Shown here piece after piece: positions 40,779 to 51,414 of a DNA stretch of 64,000 nt (the first letter of the stretch is position 1; each line of letters opens with the position of its first letter). This DNA is from a virus. The notes below the pieces were generated by a model, which saw only the letters and a list, made by a program, of their open reading frames with translations, was not told where the DNA came from and did no database searches. The DNA lies in the IMG/VR virus record IMGVR_UViG_3300005264_000005, positions 39,738 through 103,737 of that record, one strand, 5' to 3'. A program made the translations under genes and the position numbers.

Positions 40779-41242
40779 AATTTATATTTAATCTTCTTTT
40801 AATCCTCTTCTACACTTAACTCAGCAAGCTTGAGCTGTAAAAGAAACCAAAGATAATAACCAGGGATGAAGCATTTAATATACTCATTACGCTTTTTAAC
40901 TTTTGGAAAGTCACTGTACTGCTCATGTGAAACAGCAAACAAGCTATAACTAAGAACAGTAAGTGCAATAAGTACTATAAATAGGAATAAAAACATATTT
41001 TTTCTTTCTTTATGCTTTAGGAGTCAAAGCTGTTAAATTTACGAGAAACACAATACCAACAATAGCCACAAGGGACAAAGCTAATAATAAAATTTTTCTT
41101 ACAGTCTGGCTCAGGGAGACCAGAACTACGATCATAGCTAGCAATAAACATAGCATAGCTAGCAGCAATAGCAACAATTAATGCAACAATAAATACAACA
41201 AACATATAAAACTCTCTCTACCACTGATAGCAGTGGAATTAA

Positions 41243-41318
41243 TGGTGGGCGCAGAAGGACTTGAACCTCCAACAAACGAGTTATGAGCTCGCGGATCTAC
41301 CAATTGAACTATACGCCC
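41243..41318 (-). tRNA. tRNA with CAT anticodon (elongator Met or Ile2)
   Basis: GCGAG-CTCATAA-CTCGT, CCA. Confidence 0.8.
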
Positions 41319-41325
41319 ATTAACT

Positions 41326-41874
41326 TTATTCAGCTGGAACTGGTGGATTAAACTTGGGAGAAAATGTTAAAGTAATATTCGTATGAGCTAGAAGTAAATC
41401 ATAGAATTGATTAATTTCAACTTCAGTAGCTTTACGATAATCAGAATCGCGCATTGATCTCCAGCCACAAGTGCGCTCTGAAACCTTTCCAGAACCTCTC
41501 ATGCAATAGCTACCATCAGACAATACTACTATAGGCTTGCCAACGGCAAATCCACGCTCACTCTCTGTAGGAACAATAATAGCATAGTCATCAGCTGTAA
41601 ACGAGCTACTTGAGCTACTTGAGCTACCACCATGATATCCAGGCTTAATCTCTAAGTCTAATACAGTGCTCATTAACTGAGCAACATCAAGCTTAGCACC
41701 CTTACATAAATTGCTCATCTTGCGAATAGACTGACCAATTAATTTAGCTCTTTTTACCTCAGGCGTATCTTCCTCAACTTTAACTGGCTCTGCTTCTACT
41801 CCGATAAATGCAAGACTAAGAGTTCTAGCTCCAGCAATCATAGCCCCAACTTGTTCTTTTGTAAACTTAGGCAT
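41326..41874 (-). CDS. hypothetical protein
   Basis: 182 aa ORF with a Ser tract. Confidence 0.55.
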   Translation of the reverse strand: MPKFTKEQVGAMIAGARTLSLAFIGVEAEPVKVEEDTPEVKRAKLIGQSIRKMSNLCKGAKLDVAQLMSTVLDLEIKPGYHGGSSSSSSSSFTADDYAIIVPTESERGFAVGKPIVVLSDGSYCMRGSGKVSERTCGWRSMRDSDYRKATEVEINQFYDLLLAHTNITLTFSPKFNPPVPAE

Positions 41875-41893
41875 ATCTACCTTTCAAAATTTA

Positions 41894-41969
41894 TGGAGCC
41901 CCAGGACGGAATCGAACCGCCTTCTCTGGTTTACAAGACCAGACCTCATCCACTAAAGGTTTCAAGGGC
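41894..41969 (-). tRNA. tRNA-Thr(TGT)
   Basis: CTGGT-CTTGTAA-ACCAG, CCA. Confidence 0.8.
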
Positions 41970-41978
41970 TTAAATTAT

Positions 41979-42374
41979 TTAACTAACTACCTCACACTCA
42001 ATAGTTTTTAGTGCTGGTTGAGGCTGATGTGCAATTTGATTACCAACTTCAAAGATAGCTACTGGCTGAGCTACTACTACAATATCCCTACGAGACATCA
42101 CGCCATTAGACACAATGTAGTTATCATTGATTTTCTTGGCTGACTTAGCAACAATCTCCTGCATTCTATCTTTAGAGCTATGTGCATCATACCAAGACAA
42201 ATACTTACTAACAACAGGAAACTCTTTAAAGCTATTGGCAACGCCACGCTTCATGCCTGCAATATAGGCTTTCTTGACTGCTGTTAAAAGATCTTCATCA
42301 TTAAGAGAAATTTCTTGCAAAAGTTCCTCAAAATTCTTATCAATTACTTGCTTCTTTTCGCCAATCACATTCAT
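41979..42374 (-). CDS. hypothetical protein
   Basis: start moved to MNVIGEKK, downstream of tRNA-Pro. Confidence 0.55.
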   Translation of the reverse strand: MNVIGEKKQVIDKNFEELLQEISLNDEDLLTAVKKAYIAGMKRGVANSFKEFPVVSKYLSWYDAHSSKDRMQEIVAKSAKKINDNYIVSNGVMSRRDIVVVAQPVAIFEVGNQIAHQPQPALKTIECEVVS

Positions 42375-42394
42375 AGCATTCCCTTTAAGAATAA

Positions 42395-42472
42395 TGGTCG
42401 GAATGGCAAGATTCGAACTTGCGCTCCCCTCGTCCCAAACGAGGTGCGTTAGCCAGGCTACGCTACATTCCG
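42395..42472 (-). tRNA. tRNA-Pro(TGG)
   Basis: CCTCG-TTTGGGA-CGAGG, CCA. Confidence 0.9.
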
Positions 42473-42564
42473 ATGTAAAAACTAACTTGACCTGACATAA
42501 GCAGATAGTAGCTCCACCGCAGCTCAAAGGCCACAGTGCTAGCAAGTTATTTAAAATAATAATA

Positions 42565-42826
42565 TTCAATTGTCAAGGATCGATCAAAACTAAAAAAGCC
42601 ACAAGAGACATAGTCAATTGCGGCTTCATAAGGAGATATGTCTATTTACTCTTTATGTATTGCCGCTTGAACCTTTGCCCCAAAAATCACCACAAATGGT
42701 ATTATTTGTATTGAGTGTAGATTCATGCTTATTGCCTATTATATACACAGGTGCATTCATCTCTAGGGCTTGAAGCCTAGTAGGACGTGAATAGCAAGAA
42801 TGTGTGTTAGTTGATAAGCGAATCAT
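42565..42826 (-). promoter_or_regulatory. putative leader peptide (42826-42653, 57 aa), attenuator and boxA-like site ahead of the tRNA array
   Basis: short ORF, terminator AAGCCGCAA/TTGTGGCTT-TTTT with competing AGACATA/TATGTCT, then GATCCTTGACAATTGAATA. Confidence 0.5.
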
Positions 42827-43005
42827 TTTAGTTTCCTTAATTAATAAATTACACCATGTTTGGTGGTTATGTTTTGTTAATAACTAAGGTAGTAATCTTT
42901 CCAGGAAATTTTATGCAAACAACTTTTTTACTCGTGCTATACCGCCATAAAATAAGCCATAACCATCTTTAACATTATATAGCATATATTATCTTTCTTA
43001 AATAA

Positions 43006-43176
43006 GCTAGGGAATAAGCAAGCAGAGAAATGGGTTAAACCCGTTCTCAGCCGTGCGTTTACCAATTTCGCCACCCTACCCATAAAGAATTATTGGTGGG
43101 AGGGGAAGGAGTTGAACCTCCAATGCCAAAAAGGCGCGGCCCCTAATAGAAGTAACTCTACTCTATCGCCACTAGC
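43006..43176 (-). ncRNA. YrlA-like Y RNA (Leu-type D arm, internal CCA)
   Basis: GCTAGTGGCGATAGAGTAGAGTTACTTC, T arm, acceptor, D arm, GCTTATTCCCTAGC. Confidence 0.7.
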
Positions 43177-43189
43177 AAGCTATTTAAAG

Positions 43190-43319
43190 TCAAGGAACAA
43201 GCGAGAAGAGTATGATTACGCGCTCTACCATTGAGCTATGCCTTCAACATGTGAAGGCACCAGGAATCGAACCCAGACATCGTCCGCCAAAGGGAAGTAA
43301 CTCTTTTCTACACCATTGA
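43190..43319 (-). ncRNA. YrlA-like Y RNA
   Basis: TCAATGGTGTAGAAAAGAGTTACTTC, T arm, TGCCTTCA/TGAAGGCA, D arm, ACTCTTCTCGCTTGTTCCTTGA. Confidence 0.78.
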
Positions 43320-43333
43320 TTATTTTATATCTA

Positions 43334-44068
43334 TTACCAATCTACGCAATTATATCTAGGCTTACTTGGAGTATTGAGCTTAGTACGAATCCATTCTCCT
43401 TCAGAGCAGATATATGTAGAGCGAAACCCATTCTTGCCGATAATAATGCCAATATCACCAGCATTAACACTAACATAACCGCTTAAATGTTCAAAATTAG
43501 TAGAGTAATAAATACTCACACCATTAGGAAGAGTAATAAAGCCTATGTCTTCACAGAGGTAATAGTTATCTAAGCCAGCATCTTTACATGCGGCATCAGC
43601 CTTCTCCACTAAAGTTAACTCAGGTTCAGGTTCAGTACAACAGGCAGCATCCATAATAGTATTATACTCAGGATCAACCCATCCATACATTGCATATTCA
43701 GACTTATTCTCAGTAAGGATGGTGATCTCAATGTTACCGTCAATACCTTCATATACTACATACAAGCCTTTTAAGCATGATTCCTCATTAGTAATTGCAA
43801 TTAAATCACCAATAGCAAGATCACTAATATTTTTATATTCATGATAGCGATCAATCTTATAGTACATGAGCTCACCTAACGTACAAGACTCAGGTGTACT
43901 AAGGCTAATTTCACCACAAGGACCAGGATTATTCACAACATAGTCTTGCATCTTTAACTTATCACGCGATTCATCGCGCCATTTTTCAAAATCAAAATCA
44001 AATGCAGTAATAGCACAGTCCTCTGGAACCACACCAATGACAGGCATATCGCCTTCAGAGTCAAACAT
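43334..44068 (-). CDS. hypothetical acidic protein
   Basis: 244 aa ORF with AGGAG SD. Confidence 0.55.
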   Translation of the reverse strand: MFDSEGDMPVIGVVPEDCAITAFDFDFEKWRDESRDKLKMQDYVVNNPGPCGEISLSTPESCTLGELMYYKIDRYHEYKNISDLAIGDLIAITNEESCLKGLYVVYEGIDGNIEITILTENKSEYAMYGWVDPEYNTIMDAACCTEPEPELTLVEKADAACKDAGLDNYYLCEDIGFITLPNGVSIYYSTNFEHLSGYVSVNAGDIGIIIGKNGFRSTYICSEGEWIRTKLNTPSKPRYNCVDW

Positions 44069-44085
44069 AGCAGACTCCTTTGTGA

Positions 44086-44460
44086 TTATACTAGATTAAG
44101 AAACTTAGCAGCAACCAGCTCAGGACCAGCTTGCTTACGAGCTTGTTCCATACGCATAATAAGAACTTGAAGTTCCATTGCTAAATCATCACTCATATCA
44201 CGAACAGAAATCATGCCACCACGACCTTTAATAGAAGTAGGCTTTTCCAGCGTATTTTTAACTTCAGCTTCAAGATAGCTGATAAGATTTTCCTTGGTTG
44301 GATATTGTGTACCACAGCACAAGCTGTTTTGAAGAATAGTCTTATCACCTTCTTCGGTAACTTGGCCAAGATAAAAATTCGATCCAATTGTTACAATTTG
44401 AAGATTGAATCCTTGTTGAAGTACTGCTGTATCTTCTTGTACTGTTTCGTTATCAGACAT
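44086..44460 (-). CDS. hypothetical protein
   Basis: start at MSDNETV with AGGAG SD. Confidence 0.55.
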   Translation of the reverse strand: MSDNETVQEDTAVLQQGFNLQIVTIGSNFYLGQVTEEGDKTILQNSLCCGTQYPTKENLISYLEAEVKNTLEKPTSIKGRGGMISVRDMSDDLAMELQVLIMRMEQARKQAGPELVAAKFLNLV

Positions 44461-44542
44461 TGCTGTCTCCTTTAAAGTTTTATAGAAAGTTATAGAGCTT
44501 ATGCTACAGTAAGTATGGGGCCCCAAAGAGCCCCACCAATAA

Positions 44543-45943
44543 CTAGTCAGATGTATTAGATAATTTCTCATATTCACGAATATAATCGACTGTTGCCTCA
44601 GAGAATCCATTCACATGAACAAATTTAGAGTTATAGCCAACTCCATTTTGACAACAAGCAATATTAGCAATATAGCCACGACCAGTAGAATCAGGCACGC
44701 TGGTACGACTTTGCTCATCAGTAAAGATAATCATACGATCATACTTAAGATGAGCATTTACATGTCGAACAGCACCGCCCGTGTCGGTACCACCGCTAGG
44801 GTGACCAATAGCGTCACGAAGAGCAAATCCACGACGAGAAGCAATTTCTCTAATGCTAGTGTTGTATGTATAAATAGTAACATCTTCACATACCTCTCTC
44901 GCAAGAATAGCAATACCACATGCTGCATCTAAACGAGTCATTTCACTTCTATCAGACAGCTTATCGTTCATAGAATAAGAGACATCTACTAATAGCACAG
45001 TATGGCCAGGGATAACTTCCTGAGCGCTAAGACACTTAAGCATCGCAACCTCAAGAGCAGTTTCCGCCCATGGAGCATATCGAGCAGCAGTAATGAATCG
45101 ATAAGGCAATACACGCTCAGGGTTAACAGCCTTAAGTGCACGCTTGATTAAGTTACGATCTACACCAGCTTCATCCATGCCACGAAGATTCTTAAGTAGA
45201 GCCATTGCTCCAAGTAGATTCTTTTGATTAGGATCAAGATTAGCTTTAAGTCGACGAGTAAAATCTTCCTTCTTGTTTGCGCCAGCAGATAGCTTAGTTT
45301 CCCATGTATCAGGAGTCTTAAGCTCACCAGCCGCAAGCTTAGCCCATATATCAGCCTGCTCACCAGTTTCAGGCTTAGCATGACACATAAATAATACATC
45401 ACGAAGATTTACAACGCCCTTGCGATTATATTTAGCTAACTGATATTCATCAAACTTAGTAAACGCACGAGCAAGACCCTTCTTCACTGAAGCAGCAATA
45501 GGAGTCTTCTTGAACGTAGAAATAATTTCTTTATCACTACCCCATCCATAGCTTTGTTGTTCACTATACTCAGTCCAATACATAGCCAAGAATTCAGAAA
45601 GCTCATCAGCACGCTGAATAACATCTACAAGTGCATCAGCAACGACGTGTCGATGCGTAGGATAGCGTGCAGCCTCACGAATTAAGCAAAGTGATACATG
45701 ACGTAGATTATACTTATTGCGAGCCTCTATGGCCAATTCTGCAACAAACTCAGGCCGTACAAGCTTAACGAGATCACTAATACGATGATAGACAGTTTGC
45801 CCATCTTCATAAAAGTTCTTCTCAAATAGCAGACACGACAATACAGTTCTGCGTAATTTCTCTTCATTACCAGCTATAATTACACTGGCGCCTTCTTTAG
45901 TAAGGCTTCTAATAGCACGAGGTCTATAATTTGTTTTCGCCAT
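44543..45943 (-). CDS. rsr: Ro60/TROVE-vWA RNA-binding protein
   Basis: FYEDG, FDEYQLAKY, TWET, MALLKNL, LPYRF, DVSYSM MIDAS, TDEQS, GFSE. Confidence 0.9.
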   Translation of the reverse strand: MAKTNYRPRAIRSLTKEGASVIIAGNEEKLRRTVLSCLLFEKNFYEDGQTVYHRISDLVKLVRPEFVAELAIEARNKYNLRHVSLCLIREAARYPTHRHVVADALVDVIQRADELSEFLAMYWTEYSEQQSYGWGSDKEIISTFKKTPIAASVKKGLARAFTKFDEYQLAKYNRKGVVNLRDVLFMCHAKPETGEQADIWAKLAAGELKTPDTWETKLSAGANKKEDFTRRLKANLDPNQKNLLGAMALLKNLRGMDEAGVDRNLIKRALKAVNPERVLPYRFITAARYAPWAETALEVAMLKCLSAQEVIPGHTVLLVDVSYSMNDKLSDRSEMTRLDAACGIAILAREVCEDVTIYTYNTSIREIASRRGFALRDAIGHPSGGTDTGGAVRHVNAHLKYDRMIIFTDEQSRTSVPDSTGRGYIANIACCQNGVGYNSKFVHVNGFSEATVDYIREYEKLSNTSD

Positions 45944-45954
45944 CGTATTACTCC

Positions 45955-46992
45955 TTAAACGTGATTTAAGATTTCACTAAAAACTTCTCGCTGAATAAGT
46001 CGGACCAACCAGTCTTCCCAGCGTTTACGATCTACCTCTTCGGGCAGATCAGATATAGCAGACAGCATCTCACAAGTTTCAATAACAGAATCAAGCAAAG
46101 GTGCTACTTCAGTAAGATAATCCATCTCACCCATTTTAATGCGCCGCAACGCACCACTAATAGCAAGCGGGAATTGAATAGTTCCTACTGTAAGAATAGA
46201 ATTCAACTCAAAGCCAATACGAATAGTATGAGATACAGCTTTCCAATCAATGCCCTCATTAGCTTGAGCCTTCTTAGCTCTGGCACCGTATTCGTTATAC
46301 TTCTTTAGAATACTTTCTTTCATGTACTGTATCGACACAGTCTCTTGAAAGCTTTGACCACACACTTGATACATATAAAGCTTATTGGTATCATTTTTAT
46401 GAGGAGGAAGTTTATAAATATGCTCACCTTCAGGAAGGGCTGTCCATTCTTCATTAATTTTAAACTTATCAATGCCAGCAGAGCAACATTCGCCAGCCTG
46501 GTCAATCTCGTCAATCCAATCTAACACTAACTTCATTGATGCAAGACGAGACCCTTTAGCGCCATATTTAGCAGCCTGACTACGAGCATAGCCGACCAGT
46601 GATTTCAGATTCTTCGTATAAAACTCTTCTCTGGAAGCAGTCAACTCGTTCCAGATCTCAGAAGTTTGAATAATCTTATCATTAGGTGTATGCAGCATAT
46701 CAAGTGCAGTAGTATCGCCTTTAATAGCAAGTTTAACAAAATGGCTTAGTGAATAAATTTCAATATCCACATCTTCAGCACTATTTTTGCCTTCGCCTTT
46801 TTTGGCTTTAAAGCTAATAGAATTGCTAGTATTACCGAGATAGATATCTCTCTTAGTAGGCATATAAACGCCTTTAAAATCCCAGTCAGATTCTTCCGTA
46901 CTAGTTCCATGTAATCGGGATCCATATACGCAGAATGAGATTAAATTAAGATGCTTAAATTCATCATAAAACTTTACATTACTTAGCTTCAT
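45955..46992 (-). CDS. Pol-beta-family nucleotidyltransferase (RlaP/YcgL-like)
   Basis: YGSRLHGTSTEESDWDFKGVY, DWKAVSH..R. Confidence 0.75.
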   Translation of the reverse strand: MKLSNVKFYDEFKHLNLISFCVYGSRLHGTSTEESDWDFKGVYMPTKRDIYLGNTSNSISFKAKKGEGKNSAEDVDIEIYSLSHFVKLAIKGDTTALDMLHTPNDKIIQTSEIWNELTASREEFYTKNLKSLVGYARSQAAKYGAKGSRLASMKLVLDWIDEIDQAGECCSAGIDKFKINEEWTALPEGEHIYKLPPHKNDTNKLYMYQVCGQSFQETVSIQYMKESILKKYNEYGARAKKAQANEGIDWKAVSHTIRIGFELNSILTVGTIQFPLAISGALRRIKMGEMDYLTEVAPLLDSVIETCEMLSAISDLPEEVDRKRWEDWLVRLIQREVFSEILNHV

Positions 46993-47557
46993 TGTCAGCC
47001 TTATTTAATTGAGCTTCCCATTTATTCAGTTGCTCATCATAAATTTCAGATAGCTTCACGACACTACTCATATCAGACTTAACTTTAACAGCATTCTCAA
47101 TTTCAAGGAAAATACATCCAATTGAACGCATACACAAAACAAGCAAGGGTATTAAGTTACAAGACTCAATTCGTCCTCTTCGATAATGACTAATAGAGTA
47201 GATTAGATTACTTAAATTAAGATTTATTTCTGAAAACGTAATGAACGAATGATTTGAAATACAATTTTCTTTGTAAGCGAAGTAACAAAGTTCTTTATTG
47301 AGTAAACTATACTCCATCTGAGTAAGCATAAAATAGGCGCCATAAGATTCCTCAATAATATTATTTAAAAAGCTAACATCTTCTACACCTTTAGGATGCA
47401 TAAGATGTCTGCTTCCATTAACTCCTTCGTAGCTTGAAATTGCACTGATAAGTTCAGCCAGCTCTTCTTGAGTACGATCTAGAATGTCAGGCAAAGTGAA
47501 GGTACTATCAGAGCGTGCAATTAAATCACTCAGTCTTACATCTTTAGCGTTAATCAT
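46979..47557 (-). CDS. hypothetical protein, possible degenerate MazG-like fold
   Basis: EELAELISAIS...EE pattern. Confidence 0.35.
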   Translation of the reverse strand: MINAKDVRLSDLIARSDSTFTLPDILDRTQEELAELISAISSYEGVNGSRHLMHPKGVEDVSFLNNIIEESYGAYFMLTQMEYSLLNKELCYFAYKENCISNHSFITFSEINLNLSNLIYSISHYRRGRIESCNLIPLLVLCMRSIGCIFLEIENAVKVKSDMSSVVKLSEIYDEQLNKWEAQLNKADNEAK

Positions 47558-48278
47558 AATGCTATATTCCTTTCATGCTCCGTGTCTCTAATCTTACATA
47601 GGTCACGAACATATTGCTCAAATTCTTCAATGTTAAGATTAATAGTAGCTATTCTGTTCATTCTTAATGTTAACCTAAGCTCATCACAACTAACAGGCCT
47701 ACCAGACTCAAGATACTTAGGGCATAAGCTGATAGGAGCTTTAGTAGGCATGATATTATCAGGGTCAGACGTGCATAGTCCATCTACACTATAGCCACAG
47801 TCTCTATTGTGACACTTAATCGTCATCTTTATCACCTATTATAAATAGAGTTTTAGTAAAGAAATCATCAAGACCAAAGCTAGACCAATACTCTCCAATA
47901 ACAAGCATTAAAATTATCGGGCCAAAAACAATGCATGCAAAAACAGCTAGTATCTCTGGCAAGCAAACTGCAAGGTAGCCATGATTACGATAATTCTCAT
48001 AGCCTATAATTCCAGCACCAATAATACCACATAAAAGCCACATAGATAAATACGACATATTACTCCTCTTTCACCTTTCCGCGACAAGCCTTCTTGTTTA
48101 TTACTTTTTTAGGATTAGGAACAACGCGATTAGGAGGAAGAACAGCGCGAGGTTTAACTGCTTCAAATATTTTATTTTTCATAAGCTCTTTACCCATAAA
48201 AATATCCCTTATTAATATTAGTTACTAACTCTATAACCCCGTACAGTTTCCTGTACAAGGCTAACAATCAGTAATAAC

Positions 48279-49526
48279 TTACTTCTTTTTCATATCCATG
48301 TTAAGACCAAGGTCACTTGCTGTCTTAGCGGTTAGTAGATCAACAATTTGAGCTGCATTGCCACCTTGACCAGAGCCTTCGCCCATTTGAACAGTGGGAA
48401 CAAAGTTGGTGCCCTTTAGAGCTGCCCATTTAGCAACTTCAACGCGCTCATATGTTGCAAGCTTTTTATCTAACGCACCATCAGCTTGCATTACAAGACG
48501 TTTACGCTCAGCCTCACCTTGACCAAGTAGAATATCTTTCTCCTTAGTTTCAGCAGCAGCTTTGGTCGCAAGCTTTGCAACTTCAAGTTGCTGAGTGGCT
48601 AACAATTCGGCAACGTGCTTAGTCTTTTCTGCCATTGCAATTTCCTTGGCATTAACAACTTCCTGCAACCATTTCGCAGTAGCAGCATTGGCCTTACCTT
48701 CTTCTTCGGCACGAATTGTATTCTGTTGTGCCTCCTTAGCAGCAGCAATAGCAGTCTGAACTGCCATTAATGCCTTTTGCTGACCATCAATCTGAGCTTC
48801 AATCTTATCCTCATACTTAATATCTTCAATAGTAAGAGCACTGATAGTGATACCATATTTAGCAAAAGGAGCAACCTCTTGACGAGCAAAACCGCCTGGA
48901 GCATCAGCATCTTCAACAAGAGCAGCAACTGTTACAGTTTTCTCCTTGCCTGTCATTTCATCAATACGCTTGACTTCACAAGATGTAGTTTTGAAAGTAC
49001 CATTTTGAAGCTGATCATCAATATATTGAATCAATTGGTTCTTCTTACTTGCATAAGACTCATAAGAGCTCATAAGCGGACCAGTAGCAAAGATAACTTT
49101 TGCCATGGTAGGATCAACAAGCTCAAGCATAATTGATTCCATGCTACCAAAATCTTCTTGAATCATAGTAAGATATTTTGAATTACGCGGAATTACGATA
49201 CGAGCAGAGCCTGAGATCCAGCCTTTACCAGCGTCATTAAATACAATTTTCTTAGATTGATCAGCGCTAGCACCTTGATCAGTACGATTAGAGAACCACA
49301 TTTGAGTAGTTTTCTGATAACGAGTTAAGTCACCACCTTTTTGAAAATGAGTACCTTGATCAACCCAGAACTCCAACGTACCTGTAATTGGAACCTGATT
49401 GATAACAATCTCATCAGCTGCTGTTGTTTCAAACAGCTGACCACTTAGTGCAAATAATACTGCGCAAACGATAATTGTAATAATACCGCCAATTTTCATG
49501 CTTGTCTTGCTTTTCGAGCTTGCCAT
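48279..49526 (-). CDS. SPFH/Band-7 family membrane protein
   Basis: N-terminal TM, SPFH-like core, Ala/Glu-rich coiled coil. Confidence 0.75.
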   Translation of the reverse strand: MASSKSKTSMKIGGIITIIVCAVLFALSGQLFETTAADEIVINQVPITGTLEFWVDQGTHFQKGGDLTRYQKTTQMWFSNRTDQGASADQSKKIVFNDAGKGWISGSARIVIPRNSKYLTMIQEDFGSMESIMLELVDPTMAKVIFATGPLMSSYESYASKKNQLIQYIDDQLQNGTFKTTSCEVKRIDEMTGKEKTVTVAALVEDADAPGGFARQEVAPFAKYGITISALTIEDIKYEDKIEAQIDGQQKALMAVQTAIAAAKEAQQNTIRAEEEGKANAATAKWLQEVVNAKEIAMAEKTKHVAELLATQQLEVAKLATKAAAETKEKDILLGQGEAERKRLVMQADGALDKKLATYERVEVAKWAALKGTNFVPTVQMGEGSGQGGNAAQIVDLLTAKTASDLGLNMDMKKK

Positions 49527-49694
49527 AACTACTTCTCCTCTGATTGATTCTCTTTAGAATCCTCAGTATCTGTTTCTTCTTCGCCTTCTTGACCAAGAAA
49601 ATTATTAAAGATTACTTTTGCAATTACGGTATTCCAAAGAAACCAGAATAAGCCTACAAATATAAGAACTGAAAGTAAAAAATGTAAATACATC

Positions 49695-50264
49695 TCAATA
49701 CTCTCCTCTGTTAAAAGGGCGAACCAAGGTAGTAATATGACTCCATATACCAGACTTATAGCTATTGGGATCTGTACTTAAGTCAGAAACACCATTATAG
49801 CGGAGTAGTCCCTTGTTCCATTTTTTATCAACCCGATACATCATTAAGAAATAATGTGCACCAATACTAATATTGAATCTATCATCCATAAGTAAAGCTA
49901 CAATGAGATGCTCATCAGTAAGGAAGCGTCTGCCTTTAGACAGTTCAGGATATGCTTTTAGTACCCTCCATGCTGTTTCCACCTTAACTTGCATAACACC
50001 ATATGCTCTTTTGCCAGGACTACATCCAACATCACCAACAATACCAAATTCTTCAAACTTATATGTACCAAGGATTGATTCTTGATATGCAATTGCTTGA
50101 ACTGTTTCTGGAAACCCTACCTTAACGCCTTCATCATGCGCTAATATAAGGATCAGCTCTTGTCGCTCAGATAGTGCTGAGGGGTAATCGACCTGACTCC
50201 CATTCGCCACAGTACTCAGGATCGAAAACAGAATCAAACATACTGTCACTACAGTCTTCTTCAA
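49695..50264 (-). CDS. lytic transglycosylase / lysozyme-like protein
   Basis: signal peptide, IAYQES, YGVMQV, NISIGAHY, RYNG. Confidence 0.8.
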   Translation of the reverse strand: MKKTVVTVCLILFSILSTVANGSQVDYPSALSERQELILILAHDEGVKVGFPETVQAIAYQESILGTYKFEEFGIVGDVGCSPGKRAYGVMQVKVETAWRVLKAYPELSKGRRFLTDEHLIVALLMDDRFNISIGAHYFLMMYRVDKKWNKGLLRYNGVSDLSTDPNSYKSGIWSHITTLVRPFNRGEY

Positions 50265-50660
50265 CGCTTATTCCTTCTTTAATTTCCAAGAGAATCTCTT
50301 GCTCAATATTTGCAGACCTAACATCAATAAGATCAAGATCTATTAATTTAAATGCATCGCAAATCTCCAAGAAGGCTTCTTGCTTTGCTTTGAGTTTTAC
50401 AGTTTCCTCAAGATTAAATTCTTGAACTTTCTTTAAATCGGCAACCTCTTGCTTTAACGTAGCAATATTTTGCATTAACTCGCTAATTTTATTAGACAAT
50501 ATTTCGCTACCCTTCTTGTTCGCCATTATAACTCACATCATAAAGATAATTAGTAAACGGCTTACCTCCCCAGGAATGACCGTTCTCACTAAATCTTCCA
50601 TTCGTACCAATTAGGGTTAGAAGCTCGTCTTCTTCAGCTTTATCTTCTTTAGGTTTTTGA

Positions 50661-51245
50661 TTAATGTTCTGATCCACAGTCATCTCCTTTTATTCCGATA
50701 GGATCTTCTAGCTTCAGTGATTCCTCAAGAGCATCACTAAGAAACTTGTTAAGTGAATCTACTTTCGCATCAGACATAAGTACTTGCATCTTTGCATTTA
50801 ACTTATGATGATGCTTAGGAAAATCTCTAATCATAGTGCCAAGATGACCATCTTCATGTAACAATAGCCATGCAAGACAAAAATCTTTGCGAGTTATATC
50901 ACATGAATACCGCGCTACAGCAAATATGTCTGCCATAGCCTGATGCAACATTGACTTCTGAGTAAAAGACACTATGCTATCAGAATCAGTAGACAGATCA
51001 ATTTGATCTGGCTTAATATCTAAGAAGTTAGACATGACGGCATAGCTTGCCTCTTTCGAGTAAGCAATATTGAAAATCATATCAAATAAAGAATCATCAT
51101 TAATTAATAATTCAGAAATAAGGCATCCTATTTCTTTTAATTTACCTGAAATAGAAACTATAGCCTTACTAGCATAATCATGATCTTTGATGCAGTCAGA
51201 TAAATTCACTGCTTCACTATACATACTTTGAGCTTCAGGCGTCAT
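50661..51245 (-). CDS. hypothetical protein
   Basis: 194 aa ORF. Confidence 0.5.
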   Translation of the reverse strand: MTPEAQSMYSEAVNLSDCIKDHDYASKAIVSISGKLKEIGCLISELLINDDSLFDMIFNIAYSKEASYAVMSNFLDIKPDQIDLSTDSDSIVSFTQKSMLHQAMADIFAVARYSCDITRKDFCLAWLLLHEDGHLGTMIRDFPKHHHKLNAKMQVLMSDAKVDSLNKFLSDALEESLKLEDPIGIKGDDCGSEH

Positions 51246-51414
51246 TATTCTTCCTAATCACTATAATTGCAACTATCGCAAGCTAGTATACCTGAAGGAA
51301 TCTCTTCAAGCATACCTGTTTTACATAAAGGACACATATTACCAACTTCAAAATAATTAACAGTATCCACTACGCACTCTACATCATCGTCAATTAAGTC
51401 TTTCATAACTTCCC

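Noticed and set aside
42375-42569. Extension of ORF 41979-42569, and ORFs 35658-35873 and 36173-36355
   Set aside because: They overlap tRNA or Y-RNA genes
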